A program made the position numbers and the translations under genes. From positions 1 to 34,030 of the forward strand of contig CAYNNH010000003.1 in NCBI GenBank assembly GCA_964398605.1: a stretch of DNA of 34,030 bases. Reading direction: 5' to 3'. Below the pieces are notes generated by a model that worked only from the letters and a program-made list of their open reading frames with translations, made no database searches and was not told the DNA's origin. Positions 1 to 8,571 of the stretch are shown piece after piece (position 1 is the stretch's first letter; each line of letters starts with the position of its first letter). Origin of the DNA: an uncultured Nitrososphaerota archaeon (lineage in GTDB: Archaea > Thermoproteota > CAYNNH01).

Positions 1-186
1 GGTCATGGGACGCCTCTCGATCTCGAGGGAGGGAATGGGCTGAGGGGCGATGGTCTTCTCGGGGAACCTGCGCGGGCCCGAATCGGCGGGAAGTTTCCAC
101 TCAATAAGAGCGGGCAATAGAACGAATAGCCCGAAGAAGCCAACCGCCGCGAGCAGGAGCCAGATTAGTACCACGTTAATTTTCAC
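1..186 (-). CDS. 5' part of an ORF absent from the supplied track (runs out of the window): protein with N-terminal signal-anchor/TM segment, function unknown
   Basis: Hand translation of the reverse strand from GTG at 186 gives MKINVVLIWLLLAAVGFFGLFVLLPALIEWKLPADSGPRRFPEKTIAPQPIPSLEIERRPMT with no stop down to position 1. An alternative GTG lies at 174, 11 nt after a GGAGG at 186-190. The ORF begins 12 nt after the TAA of the GT2 gene on the same strand, so it looks like the next gene of that operon. Confidence 0.4.
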   Translation of the reverse strand, partial: MKINVVLIWLLLAAVGFFGLFVLLPALIEWKLPADSGPRRFPEKTIAPQPIPSLEIERRPMT

Positions 187-197
187 CTCCCGCCATA

Positions 198-1481
198 TTA
201 ACTATGCGGAGAGGAGCCCGAAGGAGGCAAAGTCCCAGCGGCGACGTGCACCGTTGGCTTCCATTCGGGGACTTTTCCCTTCAACCTCTCGACGAGGAGA
301 TCGAAGAAGGCCTTCGTGGCGAGGAAGACGTTGATGGTGAAGGGGATGATCATGAGGGGGAGGAGCCAGAACGAGCGCGTTCGCCTGTCCAAGTGGAGGC
401 CACATCCTGCCTCGAAGAAGGGGGCGAAGTTACCCGTTATGGAGTAGGCGAAGGTAAAGGCGGCGGGCCACGCCCAGTAGATCCAGAAGGGAGGCTGGAA
501 GAAGAGCATGTAGAGGCCGAGGATCCAGCCGATGCCCACGCAGACGGGGACGAAGTAGAGGAAAAGGAGCAACGTCCCGTCGATCTTCTCCCTCAGCGTG
601 GTGAAGGGACTCCTCCAAAGGTTGACGAAGTGCTTGAACATGCACTGCATATGTCCCTTCGCCCAGCGGTACCTCTGCCGCATGTAGTCCCGCCAACTAC
701 GAACGGCTTCCTCGTAGCACTCCGCGTCGAGCAGGTAGCGGACTTTGTAGCCCCGTATGATCGCCTCGAACGTGATGTCCGTGTCCTCGGCGAGGATGGT
801 GGGATCCCAGCCGCCCAGCTCCATGAGTAGATCCTTCCTTATGGCCCCCACCGTCCCGCCGTACTGAGGGACGAAGGCGAGGTGATCCCTCGCCGTTTGG
901 TCGACAACATAGCCCCCAATTCGCTCGAGGGAAACGGTTCTCGTGACGATGGTGTCGGGCTCGTTGAGAACGGTGACGCGGCCTTGGACGAGCCCGACTT
1001 CTGGGTCGATGAAGGGGGCGACGAGCTTCTCGATGATGTCGACTTGGGGGAAGTAATCGGCGTCGAACACGACGATTATCTCCCCCCTAGCATAGGGAAG
1101 GGCGGCGTTGAGGGCGGCGGGCTTGCCTCCCGGCCTCGCTCCGGGCTCTCGGTGGATCACCTCGATGTAGGGGTAGGCGCGGGCGAAAACGTCCATGATG
1201 AAACCCGTGAGGTCGGTGGATCCGTCGTCGATGGCGATGACTTGGAGCCTGTCCTTGGGATACGTGAGCTCGGTTATCCTAGAGAGGAGGCGGCCTATGA
1301 CGGCTTCTTCGTTCCTCGCTGGGATGAGTATCGTCACCGATGGGAAGTACGTGCCCGCGTGCCGCAAGTACGTCCTGCGGACTTTCCTCTTGAAGATGGT
1401 CGAGTAGGAGAAGAGCATGTGCCTAACGAGGTAAGCGAGCATCACGCAAACGAGGAAGATGAAGACGATGTCAGGAAGCAA
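198..1481 (-). CDS. Membrane-embedded processive family-2 glycosyltransferase (cellulose synthase / PgaC / NodC-like polysaccharide synthase)
   Basis: Complete D,D,D,QxxRW signature: ILIPARNEE, IAIDDGSTD, VVFDADY, LAEDTDITF, QRYRWAKG. One N-terminal TM and about 3 C-terminal TMs (GTLLLFLYFVPVCVGIGWILGLYMLFF, FWLLPLMIIPFTINVFLATKAFF). The start at 1481 is TTG (hand-checked) and overlaps the upstream gene by 11 nt. ATG at 1442 is an alternative. Confidence 0.85.
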   Translation of the reverse strand: MLPDIVFIFLVCVMLAYLVRHMLFSYSTIFKRKVRRTYLRHAGTYFPSVTILIPARNEEAVIGRLLSRITELTYPKDRLQVIAIDDGSTDLTGFIMDVFARAYPYIEVIHREPGARPGGKPAALNAALPYARGEIIVVFDADYFPQVDIIEKLVAPFIDPEVGLVQGRVTVLNEPDTIVTRTVSLERIGGYVVDQTARDHLAFVPQYGGTVGAIRKDLLMELGGWDPTILAEDTDITFEAIIRGYKVRYLLDAECYEEAVRSWRDYMRQRYRWAKGHMQCMFKHFVNLWRSPFTTLREKIDGTLLLFLYFVPVCVGIGWILGLYMLFFQPPFWIYWAWPAAFTFAYSITGNFAPFFEAGCGLHLDRRTRSFWLLPLMIIPFTINVFLATKAFFDLLVERLKGKVPEWKPTVHVAAGTLPPSGSSPHS

Positions 1482-2067
1482 TTACCTCACCCCTCACGAG
1501 GCGGAAGTAGGACATGCCGAAGGACCAAATGGCCGTGACCCAGACGAAGTCGATGAGGGGGCCGAAGAAGAAGTAGCTCGCCCTAAAGACCGTTAGGCCG
1601 TAGTAATAGCCGAGGACGAGGGAGAAAGCGAGCCTTACCAAGTTCCACGCGAAGAGGAGGAAGCAACCGCTCACGAGCCAGACGACTTTGTACCAAATGG
1701 GACCTCGGAGGGCGAAAGCGGTGAAGCTCATCAGGACGCAGAAAACGAGCAAGACGGCGAAACCGGAATACCTCCAGTCGATGGGGAGGACGAAGGGACG
1801 GACATCGGGGAAGTACGTCACTAATTGAGGCCAGCTCATCTCCACGTAGTTCGGAATCCCTCCGAAGGAGAGCAATTCGGAAAGGGAGTAGGCGATCACG
1901 CTCGACGTAAGTCTCGTGTTGATGACGAAGCAGAAAATGAGCGTGCAGGCGAGGCCGACAGCAACTCCCAACCAGTCGGGCTTCTCTTTAAAGGCTAGCA
2001 TAGGTGGATCGGGGTCTCCTCCGTTCGCCTCGATCCACCGCCTCGCCTCTATTGCCTTGCGCACTTC
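1471..2067 (-). CDS. Small polytopic membrane protein, exosortase/archaeosortase-like topology and motifs but without the nucleophile Cys
   Basis: About 5-6 TM segments. The pattern LLSFGGIPNYVEMSW..(17)..LPIDWRYSGFAVLLVF followed by LLFAWNLVRLAFSLVLG recalls the exosortase-family L..lGi...(n)..aCSG and N..R motifs, with Y where Cys is expected. Start is uncertain. The track start 2193 would overlap the upstream gene by 104 nt. GTG at 2067 lies about 25 nt downstream of a TATAAAA box. ATG at 2001 (hand-checked) is another option. Confidence 0.5.
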   Translation of the reverse strand, partial: EVRKAIEARRWIEANGGDPDPPMLAFKEKPDWLGVAVGLACTLIFCFVINTRLTSSVIAYSLSELLSFGGIPNYVEMSWPQLVTYFPDVRPFVLPIDWRYSGFAVLLVFCVLMSFTAFALRGPIWYKVVWLVSGCFLLFAWNLVRLAFSLVLGYYYGLTVFRASYFFFGPLIDFVWVTAIWSFGMSYFRLVRGEVIAS

Positions 2068-2087
2068 CGCAGAAAGGAGAGTCCTAC

Positions 2088-2094
2088 TTTTATA
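2088..2094 (-). promoter_or_regulatory. TATA-like box (TATAAAA on the minus strand) overlapping the TAA stop of the upstream gene
   Basis: The reverse complement of 2085-2097 reads GGATATAAAAGTA. The box centre is about 24-26 nt upstream of GTG 2067, consistent with a leaderless internal transcript for the sortase-like gene. Confidence 0.3.
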
Positions 2095-4456
2095 TCCTTT
2101 TAAGCCGCTTAATGGCCTTCTCGCCGTACCAGTACAAGAAGAGGACGGCCAAACAGCCCAAAATAGAAAGAAAAGCTCCCGTAAAGTGGGCATCTACGGG
2201 GCCAGCCTTCAAAACGACCTCGTATTCCTCCGAGCCTTCCAATCTTAGCGCCATGAAGTTCGGAACCGCTTCCACGATTTCCCGTCCACCGCTGGCTTTC
2301 CAACATTCGTCATAGGACTCGCAAACGATGATCCAGAAGGGGGAGGTCGAAGAGGAGCGGACTTTGAACTTCACGAAGCCGGGCTTCTTCTCGATGGAAA
2401 CTACGGAGGCCGTTAAATTACCGTATCCCACCGAGATCGCGTCTACCACGGAGGCGAGGACTTCTTCCACGTAGGGATTCCCGTACCTCCACAAGTATTC
2501 GAGGGCGTTCATCCCGACGAAGTAGGCGAGCCCCTTCCCGTAATTCATGTACCCGATGACCGTCCTCCCTCCCACGGAGAGGAGGGGAGTGAGGTTGTAG
2601 GGGAAATACGTGTACCTCCAGCCCTCCTCAGGGAAGGAGAGGGTGAAGTTCACGAGGCGACCCCCTATCAAGGCGGACGCGTTCTTGGGGCCGTAGAAGT
2701 ACCCAACGGACACGGTAACGTTGAGGAACTTGCCAGGGTAGAGGCCCTCCTGATCAGTGAACACGACGATGGGGAAGCCTTTTTCCAGAAGCTCCGCCAA
2801 TCGCTCCTCGGAGCTGAGCACTCCGAAGCGCTTGAAGTTTAGCAAGAGGACGGGCTCCTCTCTATTTCGGAGAGAAAGTTCCACGTAATCCCCGAGCTTC
2901 AGAGGGAGGATCCCCTTCTTCTCCGTAATAGGCACGATCGGGAGGGCATCCCCCACGCAATAAACGGCTTTTGAATACGGGCGCACGTACTCGCTCGAGA
3001 TTCGGACGAGCAAGAAGGAGTCTTCTTCGCGAGCGTAGCCTAGGGACTTCACCTTGTCCGCGTAAGGCGAGTCCTTCCTCGAAACAACCCAATCCACCGA
3101 GGAATAGCGCAAGACGGAAAGAACGTAGGTCGACCTAGAGGAAGGGAGTTTCTCGGAGAGGAATTCCCCTAATCGACGGGAGCCGAAAGAAGGCGATTGA
3201 GGTCCTTCGACGATATTAGCGCCCGAGAAGGAAGCGAAGTACACAGGATCCAGAGAAGGATCGGCGACCCACGTCCTGCCGTTGACGGATAAAGACGGGC
3301 TCCTCTCGCGGGGCAATTTCCAGAGGAAGAGGGCGGAGTCCGTGAAGGGCAAAGCAATGAGCAGGAACGCGAGCAAGATGGCGCCTCCCTTTATTGAATA
3401 AGCGCGAAGTCTCTCCGAAAGGCTCAGGCTTGGGATGAAATGGTAGCGTATGGAAAAATAGCGCGTGTTGAGGACGGAGTAAGTCCTGTAAACGGCTTCG
3501 GCTACAAGCCTGGCGAGGATCAGAGAGGCCCAAATGAGCAAAGGCTTCAGCAGAGGGGAGAGCAAAACAGCGGCCAAGAAAACGAAAAGGAGGAGCTGGA
3601 TTTTCCCGTCGGAACGGTAGTCGCGGAGCAGGAGCCCCAGCGCAACGGGCGCTACGTAAAAGAAGCCGATGTATGAGGAGGAGGCATAAGACGTGCTCGA
3701 CGGGAAAAGTAGGGAGCCCCAGCTCGCTCCCGGAAAAGCGTGGTGGACTTTGCTAAAGTAAGCAAGGAAAGGGAAGAGCCAGAAAGAAGTGAGGGTAAAG
3801 GAGAGGAAGGAGGAGAAGATCAAGGAAAGCAGAGGGGTCGAGAGGTGTATTGGCTCGTGCTTGAGGTGGTTTAGGAGGGAACGAACGGCTAGGTAGATAA
3901 AGGCGAAGAAGGTTAAGGAAAGGAAAGCCGGAGGCGCGCAGAGGAGGGTTAAGGCGAGAGAGGAGGTCAGTAACGCGATGTTGCGCGTGGACGGTTCTTC
4001 CACTAAGCGAAGGGCAAAGAGGGCGGGAGGAAGGGAGAGGAGTAGCGGGAGCAAGCCGTCGTAGTATATGGAAAGCATGAGCGGGCTGAGGTAGAACAAA
4101 ATTGCCGACAAAATGAGGATCCTAGAATCCGGGTGGGGCATGAGGCGTTGGTAAAGGGCCACCAGTAGGGGCAAAGAGAGGGATAGGGCGAGAGCTTCCG
4201 TTAAGGCAAGCGATATTTGGGAGGGAACGCAAGGGAAGAGCAGACTTGCGTAATATGAAAGCGGGAAGATCTGGGAGAACGGGCCGCCGCAGTAGAAGAG
4301 GTCAATCCAGAAGTAGCTGGAGTTGGCGCTCCTCGCATACCTGACCAAGAGAAAGGATAAGTAAGCGTTGTGGGCGCACACATAAGCTAGGAGGAAGAAG
4401 AAGGGAAAAGACAAAAAAAGAAAAAGGGTTTTGATCTTTCTCTCAGCGAATTTCAT
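2090..4456 (-). CDS. Large integral membrane protein, GT-C/YfhO-like putative lipid-linked-sugar glycosyltransferase (paralog A)
   Basis: About 12 or more N-terminal TM segments, then an extracytoplasmic domain of about 400 aa and a C-terminal TM anchor with a basic tail (FTGAFLSILGCLAVLFLYWYGEKAIKRLKRI). The first-loop motif WIDLFYCGGPFSQIFPL is shared with paralogs B and C. The distal motif CESYDECWKASGG is shared with paralog C. ATG at 4456 hand-checked. Overlaps the S8 gene stop by 14 nt. Confidence 0.7.
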   Translation of the reverse strand: MKFAERKIKTLFLFLSFPFFFLLAYVCAHNAYLSFLLVRYARSANSSYFWIDLFYCGGPFSQIFPLSYYASLLFPCVPSQISLALTEALALSLSLPLLVALYQRLMPHPDSRILILSAILFYLSPLMLSIYYDGLLPLLLSLPPALFALRLVEEPSTRNIALLTSSLALTLLCAPPAFLSLTFFAFIYLAVRSLLNHLKHEPIHLSTPLLSLIFSSFLSFTLTSFWLFPFLAYFSKVHHAFPGASWGSLLFPSSTSYASSSYIGFFYVAPVALGLLLRDYRSDGKIQLLLFVFLAAVLLSPLLKPLLIWASLILARLVAEAVYRTYSVLNTRYFSIRYHFIPSLSLSERLRAYSIKGGAILLAFLLIALPFTDSALFLWKLPRERSPSLSVNGRTWVADPSLDPVYFASFSGANIVEGPQSPSFGSRRLGEFLSEKLPSSRSTYVLSVLRYSSVDWVVSRKDSPYADKVKSLGYAREEDSFLLVRISSEYVRPYSKAVYCVGDALPIVPITEKKGILPLKLGDYVELSLRNREEPVLLLNFKRFGVLSSEERLAELLEKGFPIVVFTDQEGLYPGKFLNVTVSVGYFYGPKNASALIGGRLVNFTLSFPEEGWRYTYFPYNLTPLLSVGGRTVIGYMNYGKGLAYFVGMNALEYLWRYGNPYVEEVLASVVDAISVGYGNLTASVVSIEKKPGFVKFKVRSSSTSPFWIIVCESYDECWKASGGREIVEAVPNFMALRLEGSEEYEVVLKAGPVDAHFTGAFLSILGCLAVLFLYWYGEKAIKRLKRI

Positions 4457-7400
4457 CCAAGGTTAGCGCTCCTAGCTTCACATAGTCGAGGAAGAACTCA
4501 ACGGGTGACTGGACAGCTTGTTGACTCGTCGTCCTCGAAGACTCGGGCTTCAGGTGGAACCCGTTCACCAGCTCGAAAGGCAAGTTGCAGGCGATGAGGG
4601 ATATGTTGTAGAGCTGACGCATGTTCTCCGCTTCGTTGTGATCTTCGTCCCACGCCACGTACAGCCAATACACGCCTTTCTTCGTGAGCTTGGCGTAGAG
4701 GACTTCCCTCCAAGCGAAAGCGCTACTCCGCACGGGATAGCTCCTGCTCCCCGTGCCCTTCGCCCGGAAGATGGAAGTCGTCCAGCCCAACGCCATCTGC
4801 AATTCGTCCAACTGCGATTCGGGTATGCTCTCGTTATACGCCGTGTCGTAGAGGCACGAGGTCAAGAAGGCCACGTAGTGGTGGGAGCGGTCGGGTTGCC
4901 ACTGCCCTCGGGCTTCCTTGTACCAGTTCATGTAGAAGCGCAGGTAGGTGAACGAGTAGTTGTTGTATATCTTGAACTTGAGGACGTTGCCTCCCGAGCG
5001 GGTCATCGAGCTGCAGATGCTCGTCAAGTTTTCGAGTTGCGTGTAGTTTTTAAGCGAGTAGTATGTGTAGGGGGACCACACCTTGAATGATATAGGCTGG
5101 GACAAGTCTGGCCAGTAGAACTCTAGGAGGTAAATGCCGCCTTTTAGCACGACCTCGTATGGCACGTCGGGCTCCAATATGTCAAAGAATAGGTATCGGT
5201 AGTTGGGGGCGACGAATATAATGTACCCGGTGGCTCCGCCCGAAACGGAAACCCTTATGCGGACGGGATAGCCGGGAGCTTCGGTCTCGGATCGGTTCAT
5301 CTGGAGGAACATGATGGCGAAACCGTACCTACGGCCTCGCTCCTTGCGGGGCACTACATAGGAGCTGTAGATCAATTGCTCTTCGAGGGCCGGATTATCT
5401 ATGGTTACGTCGACGCACTTCGTTACGTTATGTCCAGCGTAGTCGTAGGCGTAAATCCACATCTTGTATTTACCGTTGAAAATTTCCCTCGTGAGGAACG
5501 CCCTGCCCCAGTAGCAGGAGTCGCCCTCGCGGTACATGGCGTGCCACTTGCGCGGCATGTATTCGGTGCTGTTAAACTTGAAGCCCACCTTCCAGACGCC
5601 GCTACCGCTTCCCGTGTAGAAGTCGTCTATGTAGGCGCGCACGTAAAGTTGTTCGGGCAGTTTGCCGGGCGAGACTAGGATTTTTATATCGGGAGGCTCT
5701 TGGTCGTCGAAGCTCATCGGGACGGAAGAGTTCCCGAAGTAGCGGAGGGTTTCTTCTTGGACGAACCTGCCGTATATCTTGAGCTTGTATATGCCGGGCT
5801 CCGTCGCGTTGAACTCGATGACGTTGAGCTTGCGGTACTCGGAGGAATCATCGGCATAGATGAGGTCTCCCTCCGGATCGAAGACGAAGAAATCGAGGTC
5901 GTTGACCCCGAGGGCCGTTCTCAATCCCGCGAAGTAATGGATGCACACTTTGACCTCGCCCGGTTGATCAACGTGCAAGTTGATGGTGGAGAACTTGCCA
6001 TTTGCAACGCGGCCCATGAACCATTTCTGGGCGCCCGATTCGTCCGTCCAGTTCCCAGGCATGTGCAACATGGCCATTACGGTGGCGGCGTAAGCATCGA
6101 TGACTCCCCAGCCGTAGCGGTTATCGGGACCGGATGGGCCAGCGTCCATGGCGGTGTTCTTGATGATCCACTTGAGGTACATGGCGCGGTCGAAAGGCGG
6201 TAGCGTGTAGAATTGATCGGGCCCCCAAGCCTCGACCATGAGGGCGGTCAGGCCAGCGACTTGCGGGGTGGCTAGAGAAGTGCCTCCGACGACCCAGAGA
6301 GATTTGGACCATTCCCAAGTGTTGTTAAGCAATCTGGTGGCGAGCTCGTAGTCAGCTACCAGACTTGCGTTGGCCGCCGCGACTTCAATGGGGGCGCAAA
6401 CATCCGGTTTTATTCGACCGTCCGCCGTAGGACCTCCCGAAGAGTACCACACGATCTGCGGAAAGTTCCAAACATCGACAGCACCTATTGTTAAGGCAAG
6501 CCTTGAAGCAGCGGGAGAGCCTATGGGCTCGGGATAGAAGTTCCCCGCAGCAACCACGATTAATACGCCGTTCATGCAGGCCAAATCAGCCATAATACAT
6601 TCTGGATCGTCTCCGCTCGAGGGGCCTATGCTCCCCCAACTATTGCTCGCACAGGTTACGTTGTATTTGTCGCGGTGGGTAACTAACCAGTCCCAAGCGG
6701 CCATACCAGAGGCTCCGGAGACATAAGCAGTCCCTATGATGCTGATCATGTGCGAGATAACCGTGGCGTTAGGAGCCATTCCTATGTGGAAGTATTCGCT
6801 CGCCTTCCCTGAACCCACAGCAGCTCCCGTACACATTGTCCCGTGGTAATCAACATCGTACGGAAACTCCTTGAACATCTGCCAATCAACCCACGCAACA
6901 AGCCGGTCGTTCCACGTCCCATTCCAGCGGCCTAGCTCTTCTTGATACGGATCAAAGCCCGTGTCGACTACAGAGATGACGACGCCCTTATACCTTGGGG
7001 CCGGAATTCCCGGGTACTTCTTGCCCGTGAAGCCTAAGGCGTACTTCAATATGTCCGATTTGGTGGCCCCCCAGCTCCTGCGTAACATGTGTCCGTGCGG
7101 AGGCAGTATCTTGTTCGCCCCTGTCCACTCCCTCGACCACCTCATGCAGAGCGGGATTTTCCGATCCCCATAGACAAAGGCGACTCCATCAAGCGATGGA
7201 AGCAGGTGTATGATGCTCGGAGGGACGTCAGCTAGGACAGCGTCGGCCATGACGAACTTGTAAACGACGTTCCCGCCGAGGGTTTCTATTAGGGCGATGT
7301 CCTCCTCCGTCACGGGGCGGTCGTACCACACCATGACGCGGGCCAAATTGGGAGCGTAAGGCGGGTGCACGAACTCGCCTTTCTCGAGGATGTCGTCTAT

Positions 7401-7760
7401 CTTGTTAAGGTTCTTGTCGTAGCGTGAGAGGCTAGGAGGCGGTTCGGCGAGGCGGTATATTCCGCGTTCTGCATCGAAAACTACGCGCGGCCTGCGGTAC
7501 TCTTTGAGCTCCACTAGGCCTTCCGAAGAAGCGTGCTTCGATACGACTCCAATATGTTCGTACCACCGCAACTTCTGCTCGATTTCGCGGACTTCGCCAG
7601 CAAAGGGATTGGCGACTTGCCGATAAGTGCGCGTGGAAGTCTCGGGCGAGGTGCTCGTCAGTAACTTGCTGAAAGCGGGCAAGAGCTCAAAAGCCGCGAT
7701 AATAACGGGCACCGCTAAGATCGCGAGGCAAATGGCGGTAATTACTTTCGAGCGCCTCAT
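4443..7760 (-). CDS. Membrane-anchored subtilisin-like serine protease (peptidase S8) with I9-like propeptide and a C-terminal beta-rich extension of about 530 aa
   Basis: Catalytic motifs VVISVVDTGFD (Asp), DYHGTMCTG (His), VAAGN (oxyanion Asn) and GGTSLATPQVAG (Ser). N-terminal signal anchor ITAICLAILAVPVIIAAF. Propeptide-like segment VMVWYDRPVTEEDIALIETLGGNVVYKF. PPC-like segment DLDFFVFDPEGDLIYADD...GIYKLKIYG and Ig-like segment WIYAYDYAGHNVTKCVDVTIDN. The track start 7763 is TTG and the next codon (7760) is ATG, which is used here. Confidence 0.9.
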   Translation of the reverse strand: MRRSKVITAICLAILAVPVIIAAFELLPAFSKLLTSTSPETSTRTYRQVANPFAGEVREIEQKLRWYEHIGVVSKHASSEGLVELKEYRRPRVVFDAERGIYRLAEPPPSLSRYDKNLNKIDDILEKGEFVHPPYAPNLARVMVWYDRPVTEEDIALIETLGGNVVYKFVMADAVLADVPPSIIHLLPSLDGVAFVYGDRKIPLCMRWSREWTGANKILPPHGHMLRRSWGATKSDILKYALGFTGKKYPGIPAPRYKGVVISVVDTGFDPYQEELGRWNGTWNDRLVAWVDWQMFKEFPYDVDYHGTMCTGAAVGSGKASEYFHIGMAPNATVISHMISIIGTAYVSGASGMAAWDWLVTHRDKYNVTCASNSWGSIGPSSGDDPECIMADLACMNGVLIVVAAGNFYPEPIGSPAASRLALTIGAVDVWNFPQIVWYSSGGPTADGRIKPDVCAPIEVAAANASLVADYELATRLLNNTWEWSKSLWVVGGTSLATPQVAGLTALMVEAWGPDQFYTLPPFDRAMYLKWIIKNTAMDAGPSGPDNRYGWGVIDAYAATVMAMLHMPGNWTDESGAQKWFMGRVANGKFSTINLHVDQPGEVKVCIHYFAGLRTALGVNDLDFFVFDPEGDLIYADDSSEYRKLNVIEFNATEPGIYKLKIYGRFVQEETLRYFGNSSVPMSFDDQEPPDIKILVSPGKLPEQLYVRAYIDDFYTGSGSGVWKVGFKFNSTEYMPRKWHAMYREGDSCYWGRAFLTREIFNGKYKMWIYAYDYAGHNVTKCVDVTIDNPALEEQLIYSSYVVPRKERGRRYGFAIMFLQMNRSETEAPGYPVRIRVSVSGGATGYIIFVAPNYRYLFFDILEPDVPYEVVLKGGIYLLEFYWPDLSQPISFKVWSPYTYYSLKNYTQLENLTSICSSMTRSGGNVLKFKIYNNYSFTYLRFYMNWYKEARGQWQPDRSHHYVAFLTSCLYDTAYNESIPESQLDELQMALGWTTSIFRAKGTGSRSYPVRSSAFAWREVLYAKLTKKGVYWLYVAWDEDHNEAENMRQLYNISLIACNLPFELVNGFHLKPESSRTTSQQAVQSPVEFFLDYVKLGALTLDEIR

Positions 7761-7778
7761 CAAGAAAGGACGGTTTTT

Positions 7779-8513
7779 TCAATATATTTTTAAGCACTTT
7801 AATCGCAAAATATCCCTCACGAAGCCCAATACCTCGCCCAATCCCAGCTTAGAGCGACCTCTTTTTCTTTCCACGAAAGTTATTGGAACTTCTTTTATCC
7901 TCAAACCGCACGAATAACAACGGTAGAGCATTTCCACCTGAAAAGCATAACCATCGGAAGAAACTCTTTGAAAGCCAGCTTTTTCGAGAGCTTGGGCAGA
8001 ATAAGCTCTGTACCCGCTCGTGCAATCCTTCACAGGTAACCCTAATAAATGGCGGGCAATGGCGTTGGCGCCCTTGCTTATGATTCGCCTCTTTAAGGGC
8101 CAATTGACGATTTTTCCTCCCTGTACGTAGCGAGAACCAACGGCGACATCGTAACCTTCCTCAATAGCCCCTAATAAGCGGGGCAGGTCCTCCGGTCTGT
8201 GGGAAAAATCGGCGTCCATCTCAACAATTACGGAGGCGCCCGCCTCCAAAGCCCTAGAAAAACCGTCTTTATACGCGCTACCGAGGCCCAACTTGCCTGG
8301 GCGAATTAGAACATCAATGTTCCCGTACCTACGGCCTAATTCTCGAGCAATTTCTGCTGTCCCATCGGGGCTCGAATCATCAACGATGAGGATCCAGGAG
8401 TTTTCCGGCAAAACTCTTTCCAACGCTGGTATGAGGCGGGCGACATTCTCTCTCTCGTTGTACGTGGGGATCACGACGCAAATCTCGACCACGTATGAAT
8501 ACCGAACCAGCAA
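7779..8513 (-). CDS. GT2 polyprenol/dolichol-phosphate mannosyltransferase-like (DPM1/AglD-type Dol-P-hexose synthase)
   Basis: VVIPTYNERENV, LIVDDSSPDGT, VEMDADFSHRPEDL and GSRYVQGG are typical of the DPM1 family. The start at 8513 is TTG. GTG at 8492 (giving MVEICVVIPTYNE) is an equally plausible start. Confidence 0.85.
   Translation of the reverse strand: MLVRYSYVVEICVVIPTYNERENVARLIPALERVLPENSWILIVDDSSPDGTAEIARELGRRYGNIDVLIRPGKLGLGSAYKDGFSRALEAGASVIVEMDADFSHRPEDLPRLLGAIEEGYDVAVGSRYVQGGKIVNWPLKRRIISKGANAIARHLLGLPVKDCTSGYRAYSAQALEKAGFQRVSSDGYAFQVEMLYRCYSCGLRIKEVPITFVERKRGRSKLGLGEVLGFVRDILRLKCLKIY
7781..7793 (-). promoter_or_regulatory. TATA-like box TTAAAAATATATT (minus strand) inside the last codons of the upstream GT2 gene
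   Basis: Hand-derived reverse complement. The box centre (about 7787) is 27 nt upstream of the S8 protease ATG at 7760, suggesting an internal promoter and a leaderless S8 transcript. Confidence 0.3.
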
Positions 8514-8571
8514 TAAAGCGGTCGAAACGGCTCTAAGTCATAAGGCGGGGAAGCAAGATTTTGTGGGACGG

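Noticed and set aside
50-1538. Plus-strand ORFs 50-334, 204-830, 882-1538 and 1195-1407
   Set aside because: They are antisense to or out of frame with the well-supported GT2 synthase gene. The translations are Arg/Gly/Glu/Pro-rich low-complexity with no motifs, which is typical of open antisense frames in GC-rich DNA.
2068-2193. N-terminal extension of the sortase-like ORF to the track start at 2193
   Set aside because: It would overlap the 3' end of the upstream 788-aa gene by 104 nt. The extension (MPTLRELFFLFWAVWPSSSCTGTARRPL...) looks like out-of-frame read-through. A TATA box plus GTG 2067, or ATG 2001, gives a cleaner model.
8293-8571. Long N-terminal extension of the GT4 ORF (track start 8293)
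   Set aside because: It overlaps the divergent DPM1-like gene on the opposite strand and adds non-GT sequence. The canonical GT4 N-terminus begins right after ATG 8572.
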